Of a stretch of DNA of 64,000 nucleotides, positions 1 to 13,506 are shown in pieces. The DNA is taken from positions 2,356,001-2,420,000 of the forward strand of contig CATNEN010000011.1 of NCBI GenBank assembly GCA_950097015.1. The letters are read 5' to 3'. Under the pieces are notes generated by a model. That model worked only from the letters and a program-made list of their open reading frames with translations. It did not search any database and was not told the DNA's origin. The first letter of the stretch is position 1. The number at the start of each line of letters is the position of its first letter. The DNA is from Macrostomum hystrix (taxonomy: Eukaryota; Animalia; Platyhelminthes). Both the position numbers and the translations under genes were made by a program.

Positions 1-999
1 ATGTCGCCACGTTTCCTCATTCTTAATTGGCCATTTTTGGGGTGGGTGGGGTATCCACTCTTCCGTACAGAGGGGTGGACGAAGGATTTGCGACGATTTC
101 GGAATAAGGTAGTTACTAGGGCCTAGTTATTCATTCATAATTTATTCATATTCATTCATGAATAATAAATATTCGCCAGCTTTTATTATCATATTTCTGA
201 ACATTTTGTAATGTAGACAATAACGAGCTTCATCGGCAGCAATTTGTTTTTTAAAGTCCGGAAAGACTAAAGATAAATCTGTTAAAAACAGCTGTACATT
301 TTTCATTCAACTTGATTACAAATTAATTTCTGCGCATTTTTAATTATAAAACAAAATAATTATTGCATTATTGTATAACACTTGTTTTATTTTATGACGT
401 TGCCATAACGCAAAGCATGACCACGATTTCCATTTTGGTTAATAAACTGATCATAAACTAACAAATAAACTAACATCGTTACACTCGTCTCCCTTCCGAA
501 GCTTTGGAACTACCGAAAGTAACATGATAGGTAAAGCGCATAAGAAATACTTTGCTTACAATTTTTAGAATTACGGAGATTCGAGTTGTACTTATTTTTA
601 ACTAGGAAAAATTACAAAAATGCAGCATTTTAAAAAACCATCGTAGAGACCTAAACTGGACAATAATTGAAGTTATTACGAAACAGACAGCAGTGGCAAA
701 ATGCAAAAAGCACTTAGCAAAAGACAAAAAATAGTTGGCGTAGAACACAAAAGCTGACAAAAAAAGACTAAAAATATATAGGCAAAACCGTTACCAGCAT
801 TTCAAAAAATAAGTAAAAATCCTTTTAGGCTAATGAGGAAAACTAAAGCAAAAAGCAAAAACTTATTTAGCAAATTTTTGCAAAAAATCGAGTTCTTTTT
901 TAGCATAAAGTTACGATTCCAACGTTCCAAAGAAAACTGACATTGCAACGAGGCAGAACTGGCAACGACGCGGCTCGAAGTCCATGGCGACGTAACAGA

Positions 1000-1182
1000 A
1001 TCCTTGGTGGCGTTGACTGCAGCACCAGCTTGTCGCACATCTTTGGATTAATTAGCGAGGCATTGGGTCCGGGATCTAAGAGGGCGATGATCTGCGTTTC
1101 GCCTACTTCTACTTGGACATAAAATTCCGTCTTATAGCTGTTGGGCAGGTCGGAAGTAACTTCGGCGCACTTTGGGCCTGGT
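1000..1182 (-). pseudogene. Degenerate LTR-retrotransposon-type aspartic protease remnant
   Basis: Manual minus-strand translation gives EFYVQVEVGETQIIALLDPGPNASLINPKMCDKL, resembling the retropepsin motif (hhhhD-T/S-G-A-x-x-S-h-h) with D at 1074-1076 but DTGA decayed to DPGP. In-frame stops lie just upstream. No RT or integrase seen. Confidence 0.5.
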
Positions 1183-3433
1183 GAAACTTATACTTTTACA
1201 TCAATAGCTCAGTCTCTAGATTTTCCGGCGTCAACGACACGCCCGAAGGTCACGCTGGTGCCCACTAGCGGATGGCTCAAAGCCGAATCCATGAGAGGTT
1301 GGGCTAGCTGCATGGGACAGGTGCACAAAAACAGAATCACCTATCTGAGACGATTAGATGTACCCATAGGAATGCTTCCAGAGGGTCACAACACGTACCG
1401 CGCTCCCTTGGCGGGCTACTTTGCCTCCCTCTCTCTATTTCCCTCCCCTATCTCCCTCTCAACTCATTAGTTGTAACCTATGTCACCCAGCGATCTCTCT
1501 ATATCATTGTACTTTTTGTACTGCATGCATGACAGGTTGTATTGATTTAGTGTTCTGATCATGACCTTGTGTATGCAGTATCCAAGGGTCTCTTTGCAGT
1601 TTTTATTTTTAGAAACTGTAATCCATAGCATAAATCTTTTTATACAATGACGTATTTTTAGTATCTAGTCCACGTATAAACACCACAACTGACTTTTTTG
1701 GTGGCAAAAGCTGTTAAGCGAATCGCAACGCCAATTAATTACTGCTCTGTGACTGGCGGCACGATCGAACAGCGATAAATATTTTTAAGGATTGTCAAGG
1801 AGAATAATTTAAAAGGCAAACAGCAAAAAATGCAAATAATGGATTTGTAAAATAAAACTCATTCTCTTCTCCTTTGTCTTGACTCTTTAGGCCCCAATTT
1901 CTATCCTTCTATGACGTGTCTCATGTGCATGTACATTACCTCATAACTTAATATGATCTCGTCTCTGTCTCTCTCCATCCATCTCTCATCTCCCCCAGTC
2001 TATCTTCCCCTCACTCTCCCTCTCACCCTTTGTGACCATATTGCATTCATTCATTTATTTATATATATTGCTTTTTCGCGAATGTATGTTCTGTATAGTC
2101 TCACCAATAGTTTTTGTCGCAGGCCTAACTTCTTCAATGTAAAGTTTTTATCCCAATGATGCCACTAAAGTTGTCGAAGGGCTTATGTAATATATGTATA
2201 CATCTGTATTTGATATATGTTTCTGATATATTAATTCTTAGTAATAATCTTATCACTTAGTTTAGCGTGTCTTATTATGTCTCAGTATATTATTCGAAGT
2301 ATTTTCATACCTCTTGTATAGGAAAAAAATAGATACACTTTAACACGAATCTTTCTCTCTTAATTTGAAAAATTGCTTTTATTTTCCATCTGAATTTCAT
2401 TCTTATTATTTAAACGTGCAGGTGCAAACGACGTTGTTTTTCTACTCAAAACTAATGTGCATTTATACACATTTTAGTCTTGATTTTTTCAAATGTGCGT
2501 TACAATATTGTGCAAAATACGTAATTTAAACACATACGCATTTAACTGTTATTTTTGTTTCATTTCTACCCAGAAGGAATAAGAACTGTATTTTTAGTTG
2601 CTTACTATAGTAAGGCACTGAGAACCTGAGTAATAAAAAATTGTCTTTTTCACTTCACATTTGAAATATAATTACTCAACTGCCGCCTAACCCCGATATT
2701 GATCCCAGCACACCTCCGATCACGTCTTTCCAATCCAAGCTATCCAATAGTAGACCATCAGTTATAACCCCAGACCTCCACCCAAGCTGTGTGTGGCGGT
2801 CTTGGTCCTACACCAGCTTGGTCCTACATAGGGAGGGTGTGTAACACACTAAAAGTGGGGAACGAACCTCGCGCTGGCAGACCGAGACCGGTTTCTGGCT
2901 TGTTTGCCTTCGTCAGTCAGCCATAGCCACACGCAGTCCTCTCCCACCACTCTTAGTGTGCACAGAAGTCTCTTTTAACCTTGCCATTTTTATGGCGATA
3001 CTTTTTAGTGTTATGTGAGAGTTTTGCAGCCAAGTCTTTGCTTTTCTACTGTTGTCAGTAGTCTGAATTGTATCTCTCACAGGGTGAATGACCGACATGC
3101 GCCAAACTGAATGTTGAAAGCGCTAGAGGTTAAAATAAATTAAAAGTTTAATACTTGCGCATTGTAAATGAGCAGATCAGTTGAAGGAAATGTCCTAGTA
3201 GTAGTATATATTACTCTAAAAATAAAAAGAATCTCATTTCGCAGAATATCATCTTCCGTTTAAACTGGTGCACTTTAGTTTTGATTAGCATTTTATATCA
3301 ATATCGATTGAAATTTTTCAATTCATACAATACTATATTTTTTTTACTATATAAAAATAAAAACAAGAACAAAAAACAAAAATATCATACTATATATATT
3401 TTTATTCTGTTGTGCAAATACGACAACAAACCC

Positions 3434-6400
3434 AGGAGTCTCAGACAGAATCACAGCAAGGAGTTGCAGACAGAATCACAGCATGGAGTCGCAGACAGAA
3501 TCACAGCATGGAGTCGCAGACAGAATCCCAGCATGGAGTCGCAGACAGAATCACAGCAAGGAGTCGCAGACAGAATCACAGCAAGGAGTTGCAGACAGAA
3601 TCACAGCCTGGAGTCGCAGACAGAATCACAGCATGGAGTCTCAGACAGAATCACAGCATGGAGTCTCAGACAGAATCACAGCATGGAGTCGCAGACAGAA
3701 TCCCAGCATGGAGTCGCAGACAGAATCACAGCATGGAGTCTCATACAGAATCACAGCAAGGAGTCTCAGACAGAATCACAGCATGGAGTCTCAGACAGAA
3801 TCACAGCAAGGAGTCGCAGACAGAATCACAGCAAGGAGTCGCAGACAGAATCACAGCAAGGAGTCGCAGACAGAATCACAGCAAGGAGTCGCAGACAGAA
3901 TCACAGCAAGGAGTCTCAGACAGAATCACAGCATGGAGTTGCAGACAGAATCACAGCATGGAGTTGCAGACAGAATCACAGCATGGAGTCTCAGACAGAA
4001 TCACAGCATGGAGTCGCAGACAGAATCACAGCATGGAGTCGCAGACAGAATCACAGCATGGAGTCTCAGACAGAATCACAGCATGGAGTCGCAGACAGAA
4101 TCACAGCATGGAGTCGCAGACAGAATCACAGCAAGGAGTCGCAGACAGAATCACAGCAAGGAGTTGCAGACAGAATCCCAGCATGGAGTTGCAGACAGAA
4201 TCCCAGCATGGAGTTGCAGACAGAATCACAGCAAGGAGTTGCAGACAGAATCACAGCATGGAGTCGCAGACAGAATCACAGCATGGAGTCTCAGACAGAA
4301 TCACAGCAAGGAGTCGCAGACAAAATCACAGCATGGAGTCGCAGACAGAATCACAGCATGGAGTCGCAGACAGAATCAAAGCAAGGAGTCTCAGACAGAA
4401 TCACAGCATGGAGTCTCAGACAGAATCACAGCATGGTGTCGCAGACAGAATCACAGCATGGAGTCTCAGACAGAATCACAGCAAGGAGTCGCAGACAGAA
4501 TCACAGCAAGGAGTCGCAGACAGAATCACAGCAAGGAGTCGCAGACAGAATCACAGCAAGGAGTCGCAGACAGAATCACAGCAAGGAGTCTCAGACAGAA
4601 TCACAGCATGGAGTTGCAGACAGAATCACAGCATGGAGTTGCAGACAGAATCACAGCATGGAGTCTCAGACAGAATCACAGCATGGAGTCGCAGACAGAA
4701 TCACAGCATGGAGTCGCAGACAGAATCACAGCATGGAGTCTCAGACAGAATCACAGCATGGAGTCGCAGACAGAATCACAGCAAGGAGTCTCAGACAGAA
4801 TCACAGCAAGGAGTCTCAGACAGAATCACAGCATGGAGTCGCAGACAGAATCACAGCAAGGAGTCTCAGACAGAATCACAGCAAGGAGTCTCAGACAGAA
4901 TCACAGCATGGAGTCGAAGACAGAATCACAGCAAGGAGTCGCAGACAGAATCACAGCAAGGAGTTGCAGACAGAATCCCAGCATGGAGTTGCAGACAGAA
5001 TCCCAGCATGGAGTCGCAGACAGAATCACAGCAAGGAGTCGCAGACAGAATCACAGCATGGAGTTGCAGACAGAATCACAGCAAGGAGTTGCAGACAGAA
5101 TCCCAGCATGGAGTCGCAGACAGAATCCCAGCATGGAGTCGCAGACAGAATCACAGCATGGAGTCGCAGACAGGATCACAGCAAGGAGTTGCAGACAGGA
5201 TCACAGCATGGAGTCTCAGACAGAATCACAGCATGGAGTCGCAGACAGGATCACAGCATGGAGTCTCAGACAGGATCACAGCAAGGAGTCGCAGACAGAA
5301 TCACAGCATGGAGTCTCAGACAGGATCACAGAAAGGAGTCGCAGACAGAATCACAGCAAGGAGTCGCAGACAGAATCACAGCAAGAAGTCGCAGACAGAA
5401 TCACAGCATGGAGTTGCAGACAGAATCACAGCATGGAGTCGCAGACAGAATCACAGCAAGGAGTCGCAGACAGAATCACAGCATGGAGTCGCAGACAGAA
5501 TCACAGCATGGAGTCGCAGACAGAATCACAGCAAGGAGTCGCAGACAGAATCACAGCATGGAGTCGCAGACAGAATCACAGCATGGAGTCGCAGACAGGA
5601 TCACAGCATGGAGTTGCAGACAGAATCACAGCATGGAGTCGCAGACAGAATCACAGCATGGAGTCTCAGACAGAATCACAGCAAGGAGTCGCAGACAAAA
5701 TCACAGCATGGAGTCGCAGACAGAATCACAGCATGGAGTCTCAGACAGAATCACAGCATGGAGTCGCAGACAGAATCACAGCATGGAGTCGCAGACAGGA
5801 TCACAGCATGGAGTCGCAGACAAAATCACAGCATGGAGTCGCAGACAGAATCCCAGCATGGAGTCGCAGACAGAATCACAGCAAGGAGTCGCAGACAGAA
5901 TCACAGCAAGGAGTCGCAGACAGAATCACAGCAAGGAGTTGCAGACAGAATTACAGCATGGAGTCGCAGAAAGAATCACAGCAAGGAGTCGCAGACAGAA
6001 TCACAGCAAGGAGTCTCAGACAGAATCACAGCATGGAGTCGCAGACAGAATCACAGCATGGAGTTGCAGACAGAATCACAGCATGGAGTTGCAGACAGAA
6101 TCACAGCATGGAGTCGCAGACAGAATCACAGCAAGGAGTCGCATACAGAATCAAAGCAAGGAGTCTCAGACAGAATCACAGCATGGAGTCGCAGACAGAA
6201 TCACAGCATGGAGTCGCAGACAGAATCACAGCAAGGAGTCGCAGACAGAATTACAGCAAGGAGTCGCAGACAGAATCACAGCATGGAGTCGCAGACAGAA
6301 TCACAGCATGGAGTCGCAGACAGAATCACAGCATGGAGTCTCAGACAGAATCACAGCAAGGAGTCGCAGACAAAATCACAGCATGGAGTCGCAGACAGAA

Positions 6401-9400
6401 TCACAGCATGGAGTCGCAGACAGAATCAAAGCAAGGAGTCTCAGACAGAATCACAGCATGGAGTCTCAGACAGAATCACAGCATGGTGTCGCAGACAGAA
6501 TCACAGCATGGAGTCTCAGACAGAATCACAGCAAGGAGTCGCAGACAGAATCACAGCAAGGAGTCGCAGACAGAATCACAGCAAGGAGTCGCAGACAGAA
6601 TCACAGCAAGGAGTCGCAGACAGAATCACAGCAAGGAGTCTCAGACAGAATCACAGCATGGAGTTGCAGACAGAATCACAGCATGGAGTTGCAGACAGAA
6701 TCACAGCATGGAGTCTCAGACAGAATCACAGCATGGAGTCGCAGACAGAATCACAGCATGGAGTCGCAGACAGAATCACAGCATGGAGTCTCAGACAGAA
6801 TCACAGCATGGAGTCGCAGACAGAATCACAGCAAGGAGTCTCAGACAGAATCACAGCAAGGAGTCTCAGACAGAATCACAGCATGGAGTCGCAGACAGAA
6901 TCACAGCAAGGAGTCTCAGACAGAATCACAGCAAGGAGTCTCAGACAGAATCACAGCATGGAGTCGAAGACAGAATCACAGCAAGGAGTCGCAGACAGAA
7001 TCACAGCAAGGAGTTGCAGACAGAATCCCAGCATGGAGTTGCAGACAGAATCCCAGCATGGAGTCGCAGACAGAATCACAGCAAGGAGTCGCAGACAGAA
7101 TCACAGCATGGAGTTGCAGACAGAATCACAGCAAGGAGTTGCAGACAGAATCCCAGCATGGAGTCGCAGACAGAATCCCAGCATGGAGTCGCAGACAGAA
7201 TCACAGCATGGAGTCGCAGACAGGATCACAGCAAGGAGTTGCAGACAGGATCACAGCATGGAGTCTCAGACAGAATCACAGCATGGAGTCGCAGACAGGA
7301 TCACAGCATGGAGTCTCAGACAGGATCACAGCAAGGAGTCGCAGACAGAATCACAGCATGGAGTCTCAGACAGGATCACAGAAAGGAGTCGCAGACAGAA
7401 TCACAGCAAGGAGTCGCAGACAGAATCACAGCAAGAAGTCGCAGACAGAATCACAGCATGGAGTTGCAGACAGAATCACAGCATGGAGTCGCAGACAGAA
7501 TCACAGCAAGGAGTCGCAGACAGAATCACAGCATGGAGTCGCAGACAGAATCACAGCATGGAGTCGCAGACAGAATCACAGCAAGGAGTCGCAGACAGAA
7601 TCACAGCATGGAGTCGCAGACAGAATCACAGCATGGAGTCGCAGACAGGATCACAGCATGGAGTTGCAGACAGAATCACAGCATGGAGTCGCAGACAGAA
7701 TCACAGCATGGAGTCTCAGACAGAATCACAGCAAGGAGTCGCAGACAAAATCACAGCATGGAGTCGCAGACAGAATCACAGCATGGAGTCTCAGACAGAA
7801 TCACAGCATGGAGTCGCAGACAGAATCACAGCATGGAGTCGCAGACAGGATCACAGCATGGAGTCGCAGACAAAATCACAGCATGGAGTCGCAGACAGAA
7901 TCCCAGCATGGAGTCGCAGACAGAATCACAGCAAGGAGTCGCAGACAGAATCACAGCAAGGAGTCGCAGACAGAATCACAGCAAGGAGTTGCAGACAGAA
8001 TTACAGCATGGAGTCGCAGAAAGAATCACAGCAAGGAGTCGCAGACAGAATCACAGCAAGGAGTCTCAGACAGAATCACAGCATGGAGTCGCAGACAGAA
8101 TCACAGCATGGAGTTGCAGACAGAATCACAGCATGGAGTTGCAGACAGAATCACAGCATGGAGTCGCAGACAGAATCACAGCAAGGAGTCGCATACAGAA
8201 TCAAAGCAAGGAGTCTCAGACAGAATCACAGCATGGAGTCGCAGACAGAATCACAGCATGGAGTCGCAGACAGAATCACAGCAAGGAGTCGCAGACAGAA
8301 TTACAGCAAGGAGTCGCAGACAGAATCACAGCATGGAGTCGCAGACAGAATCACAGCATGGAGTCGCAGACAGAATCACAGCATGGAGTTGCAGACAGAA
8401 TCACAGCATGGAGTCGCAGACAGAATCACAGCAAGGAGTCTCAGACAGAATCACAGCATGGAGTCGCAGACAGAATCACAGCATGGAGTTGCAGACAGAA
8501 TCACAGCATGGAGTTGCAGACAGAATCACAGCATGGAGTCGCAGACAGAATCACAGCAAGGAGTCGCATACAGAATCAAAGCAAGGAGTCTCAGACAGAA
8601 TCACAGCATGGAGTCGCAGACAGAATCACAGCATGGAGTCGCAGACAGAATCACAGCAAGGAGTCGCAGACAGAATTACAGCAAGGAGTCGCAGACAGAA
8701 TCACAGCATGGAGTCGCAGACAGAATCACAGCAAGGAGTCGCAGACAGAATCACAGCATGGAGTTGCAGACAGAATCACAGCATGGAGTCGCAGACAGAA
8801 TCACAGCAAGGAGTCTCAGACAGAATCACAGCAAGGAGTCTCAGACAGAATCACAGCAAGGAGTCGCAGACAGAATCACAGCATGGAGTCGCAGACAGAA
8901 TCACAGCATGGAGTCTCATACAGAATCACAGCAAGGAGTCTCAGACAGAATCACAGCAAGGAGTCGCAGACAGAATCACAGCAAGGAGTCGCAGACAGAA
9001 TCACAGCATGGAGTCGCAGACAGAATCACAGCAAGGAGTCGCAGACAGAACCACAGCAAGGAGTCGCAGACAGAATCACAGCATGGAGTCTCAGACAGAA
9101 TCACAGCAAGGAGTCGCAGACAAAATCACAGCATGGAGTCGCAGACAGAATCACAGCATGGAGTCGCAGACAGAATCACAGCATGGAGTTGCAGACAGAA
9201 TCACAGCAAGGAGTCGCAGACAGAATCCCAGCATGGAGTCGCAGACAGAATCACAGCAAGGAGTCGCAGACAGAATCACAGCAAGAAGTCGCAGACAGAA
9301 TCACAGCATGGAGTTGCAGACAGAATCACAGCAAGGAGTCGCAGACAGAATCACAGCATGGAGTTGCAGACAGAATCACAGCATGGAGTCGCAGACAGAA

Positions 9401-12400
9401 TCACAGCATGGAGTCTCAGACAGGATCACAGCATGGAGTTGCAGACAGAATCACAGCAAGGAGTCGCAGACAGAATCACAGCATGGAGTCTCAGACAGAA
9501 TCACAGCAAGGAGTCGCATACAGAATCAAAGCATGGAGTTGCAGACAGAATCACAGCATGGAGTCTCAGACAGAATCACAGCATGGAGTCGCAGACAGAA
9601 TCAAAGCATGGAGTTGCAGACAGAATCCCAGCATGGAGTCGCAGACAGAATCACAGCATGGAGTCGCAGACAGGATCACAGCATGGAGTCGCAGACAAAA
9701 TCACAGCATGGAGTCGCAGACAGAATCACAGCATGGAGTCGCAGACTCGATCACAGCATGGAGTCGCAGACAAAATCACAGCATGGAGTCGCAGACAGAA
9801 TCCCAGCATGGAGTCGCAGACAGAATCACAGCAAGGAGTCGCAGACAGGATCACAGCATGGAGTCGCAGACAAAATCACAGCATGGAGTCGCAGACAGAA
9901 TCCCAGCATGGAGTCGCAGACAGAATCACAGCATGGAGTCGCAGACAGAATCACAGCAAGGAGTCGCAGACAGAATCACAGCAAGGAGTTGCAGACAGAA
10001 TTACAGCATGGAGTCGCAGACAGAATCACAGCAAGGAGTCGCAGACAGAATCACAGCAAGGAGTCTCAGACAGAATCACAGCATGGAGTCGCAGACAGAA
10101 TCACAGCATGGAGTCGCAGACAGAATCACAGCAAGGAGTCGCAGACAGAATCACAGCATGGAGTCGCAGACAGAATCACAGCATGGAGTCGCAGACAGAA
10201 TCACAGCATGGAGTCGCAGACAGAATCACAGCATGGAGTCGCAGACAGAATCACAGCAAGGAGTCGCAGACAGAATCACAGCAAGGAGTCGCAGACAGAA
10301 TCACAGCAAGGAGTCGCAGACAGAATCACAGCAAGGAGTCGCAGACAGAATCACAGCAAGGAGTCTCAGACAGAATCACAGCATGGAGTCGCAGACAGAA
10401 TCACAGCAAGGAGTCGCAGACAGAATCACAGCATGGAGTCGCAGACAGAATCACAGCATGGAGTCGCAGACAGAATCACAGCATGGAGTCGCAGACAGAA
10501 TCACAGCATGGAGTCGCAGACAGAATCACAGCAAGGAGTCGCAGACAGAATCACAGCAAGGAGTCGCAGACAGAATCACAGCATGGAGTCGCAGACAGAA
10601 TCACAGCAAGGAGTCGCAGACAGAATCACAGCAAGGAGTCGCAGACAGAATCACAGCAAGGAGTCGCAGACAGAATCACAGCAAGGAGTCGCAGACAGAA
10701 TCACAGCAAGGAGTCTCAGACAGAATCACAGCATGGAGTCGCAGACAGAATCACAGCAAGGAGTCGCAGACAGAATCACAGCATGGAGTCGCAGACAGAA
10801 TCACAGCATGGAGTCTCATACAGAATCACAGCAAGGAGTCTCAGACAGAATCACAGCAAGGAGTCGCAGACAGAATCACAGCAAGGAGTCGCAGACAGAA
10901 TCACAGCATGGAGTCGCAGACAGAATCACAGCAAGGAGTCGCAGACAGAACCACAGCAAGGAGTCGCAGACAGAATCACAGCATGGAGTCTCAGACAGAA
11001 TCACAGCAAGGAGTCGCAGACAAAATCACAGCATGGAGTCGCAGACAGAATCACAGCATGGAGTCGCAGACAGAATCACAGCATGGAGTTGCAGACAGAA
11101 TCACAGCAAGGAGTCGCAGACAGAATCCCAGCATGGAGTCGCAGACAGAATCACAGCAAGGAGTCGCAGACAGAATCACAGCAAGAAGTCGCAGACAGAA
11201 TCACAGCATGGAGTTGCAGACAGAATCACAGCAAGGAGTCGCAGACAGAATCACAGCATGGAGTTGCAGACAGAATCACAGCATGGAGTCGCAGACAGAA
11301 TCACAGCATGGAGTCTCAGACAGGATCACAGCATGGAGTTGCAGACAGAATCACAGCAAGGAGTCGCAGACAGAATCACAGCATGGAGTCTCAGACAGAA
11401 TCACAGCAAGGAGTCGCATACAGAATCAAAGCATGGAGTTGCAGACAGAATCACAGCATGGAGTCTCAGACAGAATCACAGCATGGAGTCGCAGACAGAA
11501 TCAAAGCATGGAGTTGCAGACAGAATCCCAGCATGGAGTCGCAGACAGAATCACAGCATGGAGTCGCAGACAGGATCACAGCATGGAGTCGCAGACAAAA
11601 TCACAGCATGGAGTCGCAGACAGAATCACAGCATGGAGTCGCAGACTCGATCACAGCATGGAGTCGCAGACAAAATCACAGCATGGAGTCGCAGACAGAA
11701 TCCCAGCATGGAGTCGCAGACAGAATCACAGCAAGGAGTCGCAGACAGGATCACAGCATGGAGTCGCAGACAAAATCACAGCATGGAGTCGCAGACAGAA
11801 TCCCAGCATGGAGTCGCAGACAGAATCACAGCATGGAGTCGCAGACAGAATCACAGCAAGGAGTCGCAGACAGAATCACAGCAAGGAGTTGCAGACAGAA
11901 TTACAGCATGGAGTCGCAGACAGAATCACAGCAAGGAGTCGCAGACAGAATCACAGCAAGGAGTCTCAGACAGAATCACAGCATGGAGTCGCAGACAGAA
12001 TCACAGCATGGAGTCGCAGACAGAATCACAGCAAGGAGTCGCAGACAGAATCACAGCATGGAGTCGCAGACAGAATCACAGCATGGAGTCGCAGACAGAA
12101 TCACAGCATGGAGTCGCAGACAGAATCACAGCATGGAGTCGCAGACAGAATCACAGCAAGGAGTCGCAGACAGAATCACAGCAAGGAGTCGCAGACAGAA
12201 TCACAGCAAGGAGTCGCAGACAGAATCACAGCAAGGAGTCGCAGACAGAATCACAGCAAGGAGTCTCAGACAGAATCACAGCATGGAGTCGCAGACAGAA
12301 TCACAGCAAGGAGTCGCAGACAGAATCACAGCATGGAGTCGCAGACAGAATCACAGCATGGAGTCGCAGACAGAATCACAGCATGGAGTCGCAGACAGAA

Positions 12401-12958
12401 TCACAGCATGGAGTCGCAGACAGAATCACAGCAAGGAGTCGCAGACAGAATCACAGCAAGGAGTCGCAGACAGAATCACAGCATGGAGTCGCAGACAGAA
12501 TCACAGCAAGGAGTCGCAGACAGAATCACAGCAAGGAGTCGCAGACAGAATCACAGCAAGGAGTCGCAGACAGAATCACAGCAAGGAGTCGCAGACAGAA
12601 TCACAGCAAGGAGTCTCAGACAGAATCACAGCATGGAGTCGCAGACAGAATCACAGCAAGGAGTCGCAGACAGAATCACAGCATGGAGTCGCAGACAGAA
12701 TCACAGCAAGGAGTCGCAGACAGAATCACAGCAAGGAGTCGCAGACAGAATCACAGCATGGAGTCGCAGACAGAATCACAGCATGGAGTCGCAGACAGAA
12801 TCACAGCATGGAGTCGCAGACAGAATCACAGCATGGAGTCGCAGACAGAATCACAGCAAGGAGTCGCAGACAGAATCACAGCAAGGAGTCGCAGACAGAA
12901 TCACAGCAAGGAGTCGCAGACAGAATCACAGCAAGGAGTCGCAGACAGGATCACAGCT
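3434..12958 (+). repeat. 25-bp tandem satellite, ~380 copies (consensus GCAGACAGAATCACAGCA[T/A]GGAGTC)
   Basis: Direct periodicity of 25 bp. The unit is a dimer of 12/13-bp subrepeats (GAGTCGCAGACA / GAATCACAGCATG), each with a GANTC. Diagnostic variants recur at offsets of 2050 bp (4431/6481, 4911/6961) and 1900 bp (9051/10951, 9741/11641). Confidence 0.97.
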
Positions 12959-13050
12959 AAGGACTACTAAAGTAGACTATAAACGACACTTCAGTCGTCC
13001 TTGCTTTCCACATGTCTAGGACTAGTACACAGATTGCACTTTGTTTAAAG

Positions 13051-13165
13051 ACAGGGAGTTGTAGCCTAGTTGTTTGAGCGTCGGACGCATGACTTAAATG
13101 TCGGGGTTTCGATTCCAGACTCCACTAGAACAATATGTGTCCTTTAGCAAGATACTATAGCAAGT
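13051..13165 (+). mobile_element. tRNA-derived SINE, 5' portion
   Basis: A-box-like GTAGCCTAGTTGTT, B-box-like GGTTTCGATTCC, then TGTGTCCTTTAGCAAG; matches the fuller copies at 54196 and 61527. Confidence 0.7.
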
Positions 13166-13506
13166 TTTGCCCTACTGGTCAGACAAAAATTATTGTGTAA
13201 TGCAGAAGGACAAAACACACCTGAAAGCAAACAAGAACGGAAACTTATTTCGTCAGTATTAATTTCCCTGATTGTGAATATACGTGATTGCGATTCAACG
13301 AGAATTTGAATTCTCACTAAATACAAAAATAGTCAGTCTGAGCTTGAATACATTCTGAGATATCCGGTCTGTACACCAAGAGCCCCATTGGGGCAAAATT
13401 ACACAAGTAACTTACATTTGTTACAACTCAGCTTAATGCTACTGAAGTACATGTGAATACTATCCCCTCAGCAGTAAAATCCATGATGTCCACCCGGTAG
13501 TAAATA

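Noticed and set aside
2913-3029. Histone-H3-tail-like peptide MARLKETSVHTKSGGRGLR (CENP-A or histone mimic?)
   Set aside because: Only a loose resemblance to MARTKQTARKSTGGK; stop after ~24 codons, and no histone fold or convincing splice continuation found.
3281-13019. Three ~3200-aa ORFs as genuine giant genes
   Set aside because: They are the three frames of one stop-free 25-bp satellite, with TTG/GTG or repeat-internal starts and no unique domain. Kept only as a low-interest finding.
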